A program made the translations under genes and the position numbers. Below the pieces are notes generated by a model. It was not told the DNA's origin and did not search any database. It saw only the letters and a program-made list of their open reading frames with translations. From positions 218,798,001 through 218,862,000 of the forward strand of contig OZ024740.1 of the NCBI GenBank assembly GCA_964016885.1: a DNA stretch of 64,000 nucleotides, in the 5' to 3' direction. The stretch is from Eledone cirrhosa (taxonomy: Eukaryota). Below, piece after piece: positions 12,038 through 26,237 of the stretch (position 1 is the stretch's first letter; every line of letters begins with the position of its first letter).

Positions 12038-15000
12038 TTAAACAAAAGAGAGAAAAAAAGGCCCTCCTTGGGACACATATTCTATTTCATTTGTTTCTTC
12101 AGCAATTTTAAAGATACATAAAATACACAGAGCTTGAAATTTTCTTAGCATATCTGAACCAAATTTGATCTTTCAAATTATTATTCTTGTCTATTTAATC
12201 TAATCTAATCTGGCCGAGTTTACACTCGCAAATAAAAGAACCAGGGTCGCCCCTAGGAGCATTGGATTTGGTGTACTTCATATTTGTTTTGGTTGCTGAA
12301 TACAATCAGGGGTCGCTGCAGGAGCGCATTTGCATTGTTCATCTGCAAAGCCGCATTGTTCTCAGAACCACTATACCATATCATTGCCATTTAATGTCCA
12401 CCTTCCACGCTTATATATATATATATATATCATCACCATTTAACTTCTATTTTCCACGCTTGCCTGGTTTAGACAGGCTATCATGTTACAAAACTAGTCA
12501 TGTCAGATGACCATGCCTTGCTCATATGGATCTGATTTTTGGCATATTTTCTACAGCTGGATGTCTTTCCTAACACCTACTGCATTACAGTCTGGGTGCT
12601 TTATATTATGGTACCAGCATGACCACCTAATATGGTCGACTGGGTGCTTTTATTGTTGTGGCTGGCACTAACACCATGCAATGTCTACTGGGTGCTCTTT
12701 GTTGTGGCAGTAGCACTGAAGGAGCAGACGTGGAACGTGTTCAGCTTTCCATGCGTGTATGGATGGGTTGCACAGGAGTGGTGGAAGACATCCTCATACA
12801 CACATGAGGAATGGATGAGCAAGATGTAGTTCTTCAGCCATTATTTTCTTTCCCATGTGATACTTAGCTGTCATTCACCTCCCTCAACATCATACTTCTC
12901 TATTGCTATCCTTCACTAGATATTTCTTCTACAGTCTCACACACTCCTATTGCTCAACCAGCAACATCATCATCATCATCACTCCATTTTTTCCCCATGT
13001 TGTCATGGATTGGACAATGCTTTTGGAGGCAGTCTATTTTTTTCTAGTTTTATAACCTTTTGGGTGGCAAGTCTTGCATTATTTATAAGTATGGTATATA
13101 TGGCTCATTTTCATGAACTGCTGTGCTGTGGGATATATTATTTATGGGGACTTAAATGAATGTTAATGGTTGCTTTAAACATTGTCGATGAGGAGAAAGC
13201 TTGTGTCCTTTATCCCCCCCCCCCCCAACTTCAGCAGTTTATTTCCTTTGACATACCCATATTCATGCTCTCACCCCCCCCCCCACACACACACACCTAA
13301 GATACTTTCACCATCATATTTCTCTGGTACTATCCATCACTAGCTTTCTTTTCTGTAAAGACACAACTCTATTGCTCAACCTGTTACCAACAACCAGCCA
13401 GTAGTTACCACTATCCTTTTTTCTCCTCTACCATCCTATAACACTGTGTTTCCTCCATCAGTGATTATTCTCTCCATATTTAATTTTTTAACCATCACTT
13501 CCTTTGTCTTGAAAGAAGAGAGATGACATAGATTGGAGAACACTCTTTTGCTATTCAGGTAGGAAGGCAACTTCTAGTCTCATCACCATGATAAAATAAA
13601 GTGGTAGATGACTGGAGACAGCAGAGGATACAGAAAGCTCTTTAGTCTTGCCGAAAACAGGAATTCTTTAGTGTTGGTGCCATGATAAAAATCCACCTAG
13701 TACATACAGTAAAGAGGTTTCCACTATGAAGGGCATCCAGCTGTAGAAAACATGACGACTTTTTAACTTACTCTAGCATAGAAAATTGGCATATGATGAC
13801 AATGATATATTGCACTTAGCTACGTGTGCACACACACGCGTTTAGGGTGATTAAAAAAAAGAAGCATTTGGCTTTTTATGATAACTAATCATAATCATTA
13901 AAAAATATTGTTCTGTTTTGATGAATATTATCATAAATTGTTTTTTGAGTCATTTTTGTGAAGCAATTTATTTATTAGCTTTTGAGTTGATTGCTTTGAT
14001 AGCTAAACTTTTGTTAATTATACAAAGTTGGGTTGTGAATAAATTCAATCTTTCAGCATTGGTTGCAGGAAATATTCAGGAATTACGAATAGCTGTGTAG
14101 TTTTTCAAGAAATGTTAGTTGTGTTAATATTATTTTTATTGTTAATCTAGTGATATATTTTATTCCTACCATTTAAAACTGATAATCCTTTTAGTATTTA
14201 GAAGGCAAGCTAGCAGTAGTGGCTGGAGATTATTATATAGATTTTTGGATGAGTTAATTAGATGTATTTTCGTTTAGATTTTAATGCTTACCCTCATCAT
14301 ATTTCTAATGAAAAACACTTACCTATGGTTTTCATATTTTGAAAAAGAATCAAGAATTTCGAAGGATTTAGTAATATAAATTAACTTTCTCATTATTAAT
14401 CTGGTGTTTAGATAATGGGTCTTATATAAAATTATGAAGGAAAATGTTTAGATAAACATTTTAAAACAGAGCTTTGTATCATTGAACCAGGGGCAGTTTC
14501 AGGAAGTTTGTTATCAAAAGAGTTGATGTATTCTTTAGACAAAGGCCTTAGTGTAGGTGGTTTCTATGCCACAACTACCATATATCATCTAAAACCCCCC
14601 CCCCCCCCATTTTCTTTTTTAAAAATAATTATGCAGGCTTTATATTTGAGCTCCTTTAGTTATGGCGGAAAAAAAAAAAAGACTGACTGCTAACCATGGT
14701 TGGTTCAATAGATTTAAATTTTAGTCAAATTTGCACACATATTTTCAAGAGTTACATTGGAATACAAGAGATAAGACTGACAAGTACAAATGGTGCCATA
14801 ACAAGTGGTTATAAAACCTTCTTAGTCATTCTCAGCCCCTGCTCCTTGTTTCTCAAATCCTCATTGCATTCCATCACCCAACCTTCATCTAACTCCAATA
14901 CCAATGTCAACAAGTTAGTGTCAGAAATACACTGGTGGCTGGTGGCAAGAATTGGGATAACCTAAGGTAGTGTTTGGAGTATCCCAAATCGCCCTACATA

Positions 15001-15395
15001 GTTTCTCTCCTATCTGGCGAATTCTTTACTTGTTTGCTACTTTATGTATTATTTCTATTTATCAATGTATCTTTTACTCAATGTAAATTCACCACTATGT
15101 ATTTCACTCTTGTACTGTCACCACCAGAATACTTTCAACTCTTTCTATTCAAACTGGTTGTAACCAGCTGCTCATACTGATATGAGAATTATGTGAGGTA
15201 AATGAAAATATAATAGTAAATATAGAGTAATGTAAATGCTAAAGGGTTAAGTTATTTATACATTAAAATACTGTATTGACAGGAGTAATGGGAATCTATC
15301 CTGTTCTTAAGATGGAAAGAAGCACATGTATTCTTATGGCTGTATATATATATTTTTTTAATTTAGAAAAAATTGGAGAATTATTTTTAATGTGG

Positions 15396-15430
<35 letters not shown>

Positions 15431-16507
15431 AAAATTATATTCTTTAGTTTATTTCTAGTTTGAAATAATAAATCAATTAAAAAAAATAAAATACTGGGAA
15501 AAAATAAACCATAAAATAAAAAAAAGAAATTCTTTGAAAATTTACAGATTAAAATAGATATAATGTATCCCTGTGTGTTATAAGAAGTGACTGATAGGGT
15601 TAGTGTCAAGAAGGGTATCTCGCTGTAAAACATGGCTTGAAAAGGTCCCATTCAACCCATGCCAGCATAGAATATTGATGTAAAAACAATGATAATATTA
15701 AAGAAAAAACTGATGGATAAATAGTTTAGCTCTGGGCTATGATCAAAGGAATTTCATTCATGATTATAGTGTTTTTTGTTTGTTTTTGATACATAGCGTA
15801 TCCAGGATCTAATGTTTGATTTGACAGATCTGGCTTCTAATAACCTGTGTCTTGATTGAATGACAATGTAGAGGCTCCCTGGAGTTTTTTTGTCTGTATG
15901 TATAGAATGCCACTTATTTTTGTAGTAATCAATATTTAAAAGAAATTAAATCTTATTTGTTGATTTTAATTAAAATATCACTGTCATTACTTCTAGTTAA
16001 TTAAGTCACTCTATTAATTACATGAATTATTCAAATGAAGTCTTTTTCACCATTCTCAGTTGTAACATTTGTGTGCTACTTAGGTTTCAGGTGACATGTA
16101 ATATGATTTAACAAGAAATTGTCTTTGTAGCCTTGATGTTATATAAACTATTGATATAGATTTACTGTGCTTGATTACTATGGTGATTTTATGAATCTAT
16201 ACTCTTGAAATCTTGGTAAAGAATCTTTATTGCTTTATTTTGTCTCTTAAATCCAAATGCTTTCCTTTTTTATCTCAGTAACTTAAAACAATCCTGCTAT
16301 ATGCAAGTCTTATCAACTAAACTACTTTGAGCTTTACAATGATATATTTTAATGTATTTCAGAATCAAAGTACATAAAAATTAATTTTTTGAGCGATAGA
16401 AGTAATGATTTTTTAGTGAAGAAGTTATCAAGATATGAAAAAAATACCTATATGTTCAATGGCTTGAAGTATTAAGTTGTACTGAGGCACTGAGCATTAT
16501 TCTAGAG

Positions 16508-16697
16508 TAGTGTTTCCAAAAGTGGCTTCTGTGAAAATGTTCTAGGAGAGTCTGAGATAAGATTTTTTTTTTTTAATTATCTTTTTGTTTTTCATGAGTA
16601 ATTTTTCTTTCCAATACAATCCTTGTTTCATTTAAAGACTTATTGAAATAAGGATGTTGGGGATGGTCCCATGACAAAATAGATTAGGGAACCACTG
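16508..16697. mobile_element. hAT (Charlie-type) MITE
   Basis: Perfect 8-bp TSD ttctagag at 16500-16507 and 16698-16705. TIRs tagtgtttccaaa / ttagggaaccactg. Confidence 0.85.
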
Positions 16698-16739
16698 TTC
16701 TAGAGTAAAAGAAAGTCTGTTTGGCAAGGGTGTCAAACA

Positions 16740-17800
16740 AGATGGTTTGTTTCAGCTTTTTGCATTCCAATCCTGCTATGTAGTCAGGGTACTTAATTTG
16801 ACAATTGCTTTGACACCATCATTTGGTCCTGTTGCAAACATTTTGAGAATGTCTTCTCTCTCACTAGTCATGAACACTGCCCTTCCCGTTATACTAAGCA
16901 CCTCCTTCTTGATGGCATGGTTCAGACTGATTGTCACTGTTCGAGACCAGGCTAACTGGATCAGCTTGTCTAGCCCATACTTCCAAAGTTATCAACTCAC
17001 ATTTTTGTCTTTAAAGATGTTGAATTGTCAAAACTGTCTAATAAATTGGAATCTTTGTCCTAAAGGTCAGGTCACAGCTAGTTTTCTTAGAGCTCAAAGA
17101 CCTTGCTAAAGATTCTTGCTGTACCAAGTAAGGCAGACTTTTGGGTTACTCCTATGTCTTTCGGGAATCTTTCTATTCTGTTGCTAAGAGTCCTAAAGGC
17201 ACCAGTAACAAATAGGGTTACTTTTGTGGAGACATTCTACAATCTCCTTATTTTGCCAGTAAAATCCTGGAGATTTTCAATCTTACCCTACTCGTTGTTG
17301 GTTACATTTGTAGCTGTGTCAACAATTACACATTCTTTTGTCACTCACTTGCCTATAATAACTATGTCAGGTCTTCTAGCCTGTATTTCGAGGTCTGTCT
17401 GGATTGTGAAATCCGAAAATACCTTGAACCTTTCTTTGTCAACAAGGCTCTCTGCATGGTGTTGATACTGTTTGCCACTCACTTCTGTTGACACAAGATA
17501 TCCCAGTGCTGGGTCCTAGTTACTACACAATCATGGCAACACTTATACTCTATGGCAAGCAAAAAGCAACTACGACCTCATACAATGTGAGTTATGGACT
17601 CGTCCTGCTCATTACATGTTTTGCAATTGGTATCGTCACTAGTTTTGTCTATTTAATAAAAGCAGTCTGTAGGGCTTGTGATTAGGCAGTTATGATTAGA
17701 CTTTGTTTCTTTCTCCAACTGACCATTTTTCTGCTACAACTAAAATTTCTCTAGTTGATTCCTTGTTTTATTTGAAATACTGCCCATGGAAGGCTTTTCT
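16740..17800 (-). mobile_element. Degenerate R4/Dong-like non-LTR retrotransposon 3' part (CCHC knuckle and restriction-like endonuclease)
   Basis: Minus strand reads DTNCKTCNEQDESITHIV, EYK..HD and FKVFSDFTIQTDLEIQARRPDIVII (RLE motif). Confidence 0.8.
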
Positions 17801-18195
17801 CTAAATATTTCTTTTTCTTTCCTCCTCCTTTTACACTATCAACTTCCACTTCATTGCACACCTTCTCCCACTGCAGATATAAGTCTTTTGGTAATCATCT
17901 CATTGAGTTCTAGCTTTATCAATAATTCAGTCTTGGTGTGCATTTATCTGTTAAATATGAGTGAAATACAAAGTTGAAGGATTTTGAATTTCAATATTTC
18001 TTTATCCTTGAGAGAATTTCTTTATTAGTAGTTTTCATAAAACAAGATTAAATTGTGAATCATTTCGAAAGACTGGGAAACGTTTGACTCTTTTGACATA
18101 TTTTATATGTAGTAGTAGTATTTCACACATTGCTTTTCTTTCCTGTTTCACTAATCTTCGGTAAACAAGTTATTTTTTCTTTTTGAGCCAAATAC

Positions 18196-18422
18196 TTAAC
18201 ACTTTTAATACCAGTCTTACAATACAAAGCTGTTTATTTTAAAGTTTTATATTTATCTAAAAACATTCCATCCTTTTTATGTAAGAAACTTTAAGCTATG
18301 CTCTAAACACTAGTTTAATCATGAAAAAGTTACTTATATCACTCTAAATTCTTGTTTCAAAAATTAATAGAAAAACATAAGCAGTGTAATTTTATTAGGA
18401 ATATGGTTAATGAAATGGTTAA
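18196..18422. mobile_element. TTAA-bounded MITE, family P2
   Basis: ttaacactttt...aaatggttaa. The internal tatttatctaaaa..ttaagctatgctctaaacac sequence is shared with copies at ~8390, 14270, 20530, 23760, 29550, 43930, 46970, 48076 and 62500. Confidence 0.7.
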
Positions 18423-18961
18423 ACAGGTTTGTTGAAAGTAAATAACTTATTGGCAAATAGTATGCTTTAACAAGATTAGTTAAGCTATTATGTATGTGTA
18501 TGCAGCTAACGTATGTATGTACATGCTTTTATTTCTTTAATGGTAAAGATTATTACCCCCTCCTCTCTTTAATAGCAACAATCTAACCCGATGAATTTAT
18601 TGTTCAATGATATTTAGCATGAACCAAATTAGTTTTTCATGCATACTCTGTGTTTGGAATACATTGCCTCCAACCATGTATGATGAATTACTCAGCATGC
18701 CTGCAGCCAATTAAGTTTGCTAGTACTAAGCAAGGAATTTGAAATCCTTAATATTTTATTAACTAACACTGATTCAATGTATATCAATGGATAATCATAT
18801 ATTCAAATAGTTTATTCATATTTTTTTCTCTGTGTTATAAATAATAATGTAGGCATATCCTCCCCATCTTCTATTTTCTTCTTTTAACTTTCCTGTATTT
18901 TCGTTCTCTCTTTCCCCCTTTGTCTCTTTCTTCTCCTACAACTAATTGTATACATCATATA

Positions 18962-19285
18962 CAGTGGAACCTCAGTTCATGAACACCTCTCATCACAAAC
19001 GAATCGGTTCACGAACAATTTTTCCGGACATAAAACACCTCAGTTCATGAACTGTGTCTTGAGTAACAAACACACAAGCCAGCAACAGCAGCTGGCAAAA
19101 AGCTGGGAGTATCGGCAGGAAAGTGTCACTTATGTAGTTAGTTACTATGGTGATATCTATCTGTCTTTCACACAGTCTCTCTCACTGTATTTCTGTCTCA
19201 ACATTTTGTATAGGAAAAATAGTTTGTTTACGAACATTTAATGACCTTCAGGAACGACTTAAATTTGTGAACCAAGGTTCCACTG
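18962..19285. mobile_element. pogo/Tigger-like MITE
   Basis: TA|CAGTGGAACCTCAGTTCATGAAC ... TTTGTGAACCAAGGTTCCACTG|TA: TIRs with TA TSD. Confidence 0.88.
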
Positions 19286-21539
19286 TATGTAGAATCATCA
19301 TTTTTTACATCTGTTTTTCCATGCTGTATGGATTGGAAGGATTGTCTCCAACATAACATTTCGCCATTTGTGTTCCTCTGTGGGTTTCAGCTTTCACCAA
19401 TTCTTCCTCTGTCTTCCTTGCTTTTTCTTTTCCAAGGCTTTCTTCCACTTGAAACTACTGGCACATTTTCACCCAACGATCATCATCAACATAAAATCTT
19501 TTCTTTTGGGCACATCAGTTGTTCTCTCAGCTCAGTTGTGCTTTGTTGTTCACGCACACTAACATTACAGAATATTGTCTTTTAAAACAAGGGCTCTCTA
19601 CTATATATTTTACCTTTGTGTGGTGCCAATAAAATAACTAAAGTGTGCAAATAACTTCTTATCAACTAATATGAGGCTGGTGCCTGTATTCCAATTTGTT
19701 TCTTTGGAGTTTAGCTTTTACCCTATCTACTCAAATTGTTTGAAATGTATGACGGAATGAACAGTTCTCATTTTCATCACTATTTAACACCCATTTTCCA
19801 TGCTAGCATGGGTTAGACTCGATTTAAAGAAAATGTGTTGCATTCACTAAGTTAAAATTAAATTGGTTATTTTTATTCATATATATTCTTAAAAGCTGAG
19901 TTAAATATTATGCCTAAGTAGCTTAGGGCAGGTTTTAAATTCAGAATGCAAAGGGCTGGAACATATTCCACAAGGCATCTCATCTAATGGTCAAAGAATT
20001 CTGGTCTGGTACTTTATTTTTTGATGCTGAAAAGATAAAAGGCAAAGCTGACCGTAGAGGGATTTGAACTGACAGTTCAAAGAGCGGGTGCAAATACGAC
20101 AAAGTATTTTGTCCTGCACTCCCATGATTTTTACCATTCATCGCTCTAATCAAAACTTGATTATAAATTCGAATTGTCGGGATTTTACTTGTAGATCTTG
20201 CAGATATTAATGGTGAATTTCCCCACAGACTTTGAAGATTCGGGTATTTAGGATAGAATGAGATTTGCGTTGTTCATAGGGAAACATCTTTTGCTTGAAA
20301 GTAATCTGTTAATATTATGAGTGCTATCATGTCAGCAAATTAAGTTTTTGAATATTTGGCTTTATTTTACAAGGATGTTAATAGTCTTATTGTTAACATG
20401 GGAATTTGATGACAACTTGTTATATTGGCCACATAAAAGTCTGTATTTAGTTGAGTGTATCAACATATGTGAAGGGCTACCTTAAATAGTGCAAGGTAAA
20501 ATTGGCAATTCTCTTAAGTGCAAAGCCTTTAACTTTTTCTACACTGTTTCTACAGCACTAAAAAGTATTTATAAGTTATGCTCTCAACACCAGATTGATA
20601 AGGAGAAAGTTATATTACTAAATCTCAAATTCTTCAATATTTTCAAAATTATTGGGAAATTTTAGGCAGTGTCTTCTGGTATCATATATGTGTATGTGTA
20701 TATATATATATGTGTGTATATATATATATATATATTGTTAGCTTTTGATAGCTTAAAAAGAAAGTGAATTGCTTTGCAGGATTTAAACACATGACTGTAT
20801 GATAGTAGGCTATCTCATATAGCAACTAGTTTCATCATATCCACTACCCAGATAATAGTCTTTATTTAACTACAAAGCTAAAGTGTTAGTGGTGAGAAAT
20901 GTTAACCAGATACATTTGTTATAACTTGTAAACTTTATTATGACAATTGCCAATGTGTTGAACTTTAAATGTAAAGACATTTGCATGTTCCTATAATACC
21001 TTTTTTTTTTTAAATTTGTTATAAAGGACAATAGTAATTGGGCGAAAAAAAAAAGGTAGTAAAGGTCCTACCCTCTCTACTCTACACATTGACAGTTTAT
21101 AAATTGCAGCTGTATAATAATTTGCTAACGATTTTTTTCTTCTTCTGAGAACATAAAATTAAACTTAGGGGAGGGGGGAGGAAAGAAAATCCACCTTTTA
21201 GGTATGTTAATTGTTGTTTATGATATCAGTCTAGTTGTAAAAAAATATTTAGAAATTTTATCATCATCATAACTTTAGATTCATTTTTTCATGTTGGCAT
21301 GGGTTGGAGCGTTTTATGACCAGGTGTCTTTCTTGCCACCAACTGTCTTAGTCATCTCTTCACAACATGCAGAGATACAATGTGCCCATTCTAAAACCAG
21401 GATACATGCTTTTTAAGTAAGGTATGGTAATCCAAGTCACTTGTTTATGACCATCCATATCCCTGCTTACTTTTAGCATATCAGTTATAGAAGGGTTAAT
21501 ACAGAAATTGCTTCTTGGAATGTTAGTATAGGGTTTGCC

Positions 21540-21586
21540 TCCTCTCTCTTTCTCTCTCTCTCTCTCCTCTTCTTTTCTCTTCTCTT

Positions 21587-21620
<34 letters not shown>

Positions 21621-21633
21621 TCTCTCTCTCTCT
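21540..21633. repeat. (CT)n-rich microsatellite
   Basis: Polypyrimidine CT repeats. Confidence 0.9.
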
Positions 21634-22717
21634 GCTGAAGTTGATAGTGTGTTCTTGATCTTGGGATGTATTTATGAATACACTAAGACATTAAAGCATT
21701 CAATACATCTAAGTATATTTAAGTTTGCTTTGCATCCATGTGGTTACAGGTTTGATTTCACTGTATGACATCTTGGGGTAAATGTCTTCTTTTATAATCT
21801 TACCCTAATTAATGCCCTTTGAATGAATTTTGTAGACACTTAGAAGCCCATAGTGCATCATCTTCGTATCATAATAATGGTTTCTGATTTCAGCCCCAGT
21901 ATGTTACTGGTACTTAAAAGCAAAGCTAACCGTATTGGGATTTGAACCCAGAACATAAAGAGCCATAACTAAAGCATGTTGTCCAATGTTCTATCGATAC
22001 TGTCAATCCACTGCCTTTTTACATCCACTTTTCCATGCTTGCATCGATCACTCTTTTACCTGGTCCAGCCATCTGGCTATGGCCATGCTGGGGCACTGGG
22101 ACAAGTCTTTGCTATTTATACCATGCTTATAAAAAATAAAAGTATGGGTTGGCATCAGAGGGGGCTTCTGATTGTTAAAGAACTACCCTCAAAAGTTTAA
22201 TCCAAGCCATACCAGCATGGAAAAGGGGGCTTAACATTGATGATGAGTTTCGTTGAGGAAATTATACTTAGATATATATGATAGTTCTAAGCAACACAGT
22301 TACGGCAATTATTACAGATTTGGAGAGTTTTGTTAGTTTCATTAGCACTGATATACTCCTGCCTGATGTATGTAACATCATATAATATAGAAAATCTGAT
22401 TGGCTCACAAGTGGGTTAGCTTATTTATACTACCAATTCACTATAACATCAACATTAAAAATTATCATCACAATATCAGCAGTTTTGCTTTTGATTTTCC
22501 ATGCTAGCGTTGGTTGAACAAGACTTTCTGAGGTAGAACTCTACAACTAGACAACCTTCCTGATACCAAAACTATCTTGTTTATCTATTTATTCAAATTT
22601 ACAAATCTTTACATGTCTAACTGCAGAACAGCAAGGTTTCTGTTTACATAAAATGTAAACAGATATCAACGTTTGCAATGTTCAGTGCAAAGAGAACTGC
22701 AGACACACATGCGCGTG

Positions 22718-22744
22718 CTCTCTCTCTCTCTCTTTCTTTCTTTC

Positions 22745-22779
<35 letters not shown>

Positions 22780-22998
22780 TTCTCTCTCTTTCTCTCTCTT
22801 TCTCTCTTTCTTTCTTTCTTTCTCTCTTTCTCTCTTTCTCTCTTTCTCTCTCTCTCTTTCTTTCTCTCTCTCTCTCTCTCTTTTTTTCTCTCTCTCTCTC
22901 TCTTTCTTCCTCCCCCCCTCTCTCTCGCTCCCTTCCCTCCCCCTCCCCCCCTCTCCCCCTTTCTTGCTCTCGCTCGCTCTCTCTCTCTCTATCTCTCA
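22718..22998. repeat. Compound (CT)n/(CTTT)n polypyrimidine tract
   Basis: About 280 bp of nearly pure pyrimidine on the + strand. Confidence 0.92.
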
Positions 22999-24579
22999 GT
23001 ATTTATGCTCTTTCACTGTCTTCAACTGCAAGTAGCCCATCGAGGTACACCCTTGATTCGACTTACATTTCTGCATACTGTCAAGTCTAATAATGTATTG
23101 AGGTTTACACAGCTTACCAAAAATAATAGTGGATAATTAAATCTATATATTTATATATACATACAACAGGATTCCTTACATTCACTCACAAGGCATTTGT
23201 TGGCCCAAGGCTATAATAGAATATTCTTGCCCAAGCCCAAGGTGCCATGTAAAAGGATAGAACTCATGTTTGTGAACCAAACTTAGCCACACAGCCATGC
23301 ATGTATATCAAAGAATATTCATTTTAAGAATAAACGTGATCTTAGCATGAATCTAGCTGGATTTTTTTGTCGTTGACTTGCTGTGTTTTGTGTATTTGTG
23401 GTTTCTTAACTGTTAAACTCACCATCATGTGAACAAATCACATTTTCATGTGGCTGTTTAACATGTGCCTATTACACACTGGTACAGTATTCTAGCTCCC
23501 TCCCCTCGTATGCCAAAGACATACTGGTATATTTTAGCTTACTTTGAATCACAGTGCCAGATAAACAGAAAAAGCAAATTCGATTAAAATAGCTCTTTAT
23601 TTAAAAAAAAAAATTTTTTTTCTTTTTTTAAATGTAATAATTAATATGTAATCTGAACCAGGGGCAGTAACATACCAAAAGTACGGCATAGGTACTCAAG
23701 AGTTAGGTACCGATGAGATGTTATTCAATATATTCCTAATTGCCTGAGTTTATTCCTTTATACCAAAGTGCCTGAAACCATTCATAGTTCAATGATACAA
23801 AACTGTTTGTTTTAAAATATTTATATTTATTTAAAAACCTTTCATAATTTTATGCATCCTTAAGTTATGATCCAGACACCATCTTTTGTCTGCTTTTCAT
23901 GCTGACATAGGCTGCACACCAGATTTTCAAAATGATTTGAAAACCATAGGCAATTGTGTCCATTGATTAGAAATATGGTGCCAAAAAGGTTTTAATACAG
24001 TATTTATTGCTGCCTCATATGGGTGGGTTGGGTGTTGGACTTAATTTCATAGTAGTACTGCCTTGAATATATAATAAATAGACCTTAATTAAGAATTTCA
24101 AGAAATTGAGTGAATATTGCCAAGTTAATATTAATTTCAAAATACTGAAAAGACATTTAAAAAAAAATGTATGTAGTGTTTAATTTTTGGTTTAGAAAAA
24201 CACTGAATAAAGGCTACTGTTAGTAGTAGTTGTAGTGTTTGTGATAACAGTAGTAATAAACCCTGTTGAATGGATGGAACTGTATGTTCAGATGAGAAAC
24301 TGCCTTTGAATGTTTATTTATAAGAAATGCAGTATTTCAGAATATACATATTAAGATGTAGGCTAAATCTGGATGTAGGCTAAATCTGGATATTGCAGAG
24401 AGGATTTAAAAAGAAATTCAAGAATGTTATTGTTGCACATGTGCATACATATACATATGCACACATTTTCCTTCCTTTGTGAGATGAAAATCTTGTTTTA
24501 ATGCAGTAGTGTCATTAAAGGAAAGTTTGCAAGATTTGTGATTTGTCCGGTTCAAGGATTGTTCATGAAAGTCTAGTTA

Positions 24580-24734
24580 CATGGGCTGTGTAGTTAAGAA
24601 GTTTGCTTTGCAACCACAGGGTTTTGGGTTCAGTTTCACTGTGTGACACCTTGGGCATGTATTTTCTACTAGAGTTTGAGGTTGACCAATGCCTTGTGGG
24701 TGGAATTTGGTTGACAGAAACTATGCAGATAACC

Positions 24735-24797
<63 letters not shown>

Positions 24798-24817
24798 TCT
24801 CTCTCTCTCTCTCTCTC
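24580..24817 (+). mobile_element. CORE-type SINE (family B) ending in a (GT)n(CT)n microsatellite
   Basis: ggctgtgtagttaagaagtttgctttgcaaccac..gggttcag..gacaccttgggcatg, followed by GT then CT runs. Confidence 0.8.
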
Positions 24818-25658
24818 TGTTTACGCCTACATTGCTTAACCATTAGTACTGTTTATGTCCCACAAATTAAGTTTGACAAATAGATATATATGAAACAAGT
24901 AACAAACCTTTTAAAAATAAATATTCTGGTCAATATGATCAACTAAAACCTTGAAGACAGTCTTTTTGAATAGTTTCAGTTCAATGACTAAACCAGTAAA
25001 AGAATGTGTGTGTGTAATATTTAATATTATATAAAGACAATCAAATGTTTACTGAAAATACACTTGATACATATAGATATAATATAGAAAATATTTTTAA
25101 AAAGAAAAAGCTGACTGATTCCAACAGTGACCTACAATTAGTTTTGTCAGACTGATGAAGCTATATGTGTATATATACATTACTTTCCTAGCTGGGAACA
25201 CGAACATTAAATGATGATGATGAATATATAAGCATGGTATATGTACATTTTCCCTCTAGTTTGAAAGACTGAACAGCCTTAATCGATTTTTGATCCTTAA
25301 TGAGTTGTCATCAGAGGTGTCTACATCATTGATAAATTGTAGTGAAATACATTTACTAACTTTATAAAGCTTACCAAATGTAAAAGTAACAGTGAAATAG
25401 AGCAATTAATTTGTATATTATGAATGTTTATGCTGATAATTTCAGTGTAGATAAAATTGTACACTAAGCAACAGAAATATGTGATAAATACATACCTGTA
25501 CAGAGTACAAGATTAACTGTCACTATACACATTCATGTAGCCTCGGTTAATCCTGTATACTATCTGTACCATATATATATATGAGTAGTGAAAGAGTGAA
25601 GAATAACATGGTCAGCTGTACAAAAAGGGTTTTATTTACACTATTAACAATTGTTTCA

Positions 25659-25840
25659 TTGATCAGGTGAGTCTAAAGGGCGCTAATCACTCGAAGTTGT
25701 GCCACTTAACCTTAAATACAGTGTGTGCCTCTGATCAAATCATGGGAATATTCCCATGATTTGATCAGAGGCACACACTGTATTTAAGGTTAAGTGGCAC
25801 AACTTCGAGTGATTAGCGCCCTTTAGACTCACCTGATCAA
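25659..25840. repeat. Perfect 182-bp palindrome (91-bp arms, no spacer)
   Basis: Checked base by base. The centre lies within aatatt at 25747-25752. Confidence 0.97.
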
Positions 25841-26164
25841 CAGCCATCTATTCGCGATCAACAGCTATAGAATATTTACCCAGCACTTCAATAGCACGTG
25901 GAAATCGATTAAATATACCGTCAACCATACACAATTAGGTATAAAATTAAAGTTAGAAGAAAAAATGCATATACACATACCAGGATTACGTTTCTCCCTT
26001 TTAGGGTTTTGTTTGCTTTCGGAAATATCCTATCAAGGATAAATTCTCGAGCTTCGAACTCATCAGGAAACAAACTCACTTGGACGAAGATTTTTCTTAA
26101 ATGATCCCCGCCACAAACAAATTCAAAATGGCTAAGAACTGTGACGTGGCAGTGGTCAAGTCAG

Positions 26165-26237
26165 ATCTATCAACATTTAATCATATATATATATATATAT
26201 ATATATATTCTTGTCAAATGATTAAATGTTGATAGAT
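26165..26237. repeat. Perfect 20-bp inverted repeat around an (AT)n-containing spacer
   Basis: atctatcaacatttaatcat (26165-26184) and atgattaaatgttgatagat (26218-26237). Confidence 0.92.

Noticed and set aside
17063-17075. aggtcaggtca as an RXR response element
   Set aside because: The half-sites overlap, so this is not a canonical DR spacing, and it lies in a LINE remnant.
22673-23136. ORFs of 120 and 152 aa rich in S, L and F
   Set aside because: Translations of a CT microsatellite.
24354-24391. 17-bp tandem duplication (similar short triplication at ~9168-9215)
   Set aside because: Ordinary slippage duplications with no further structure.
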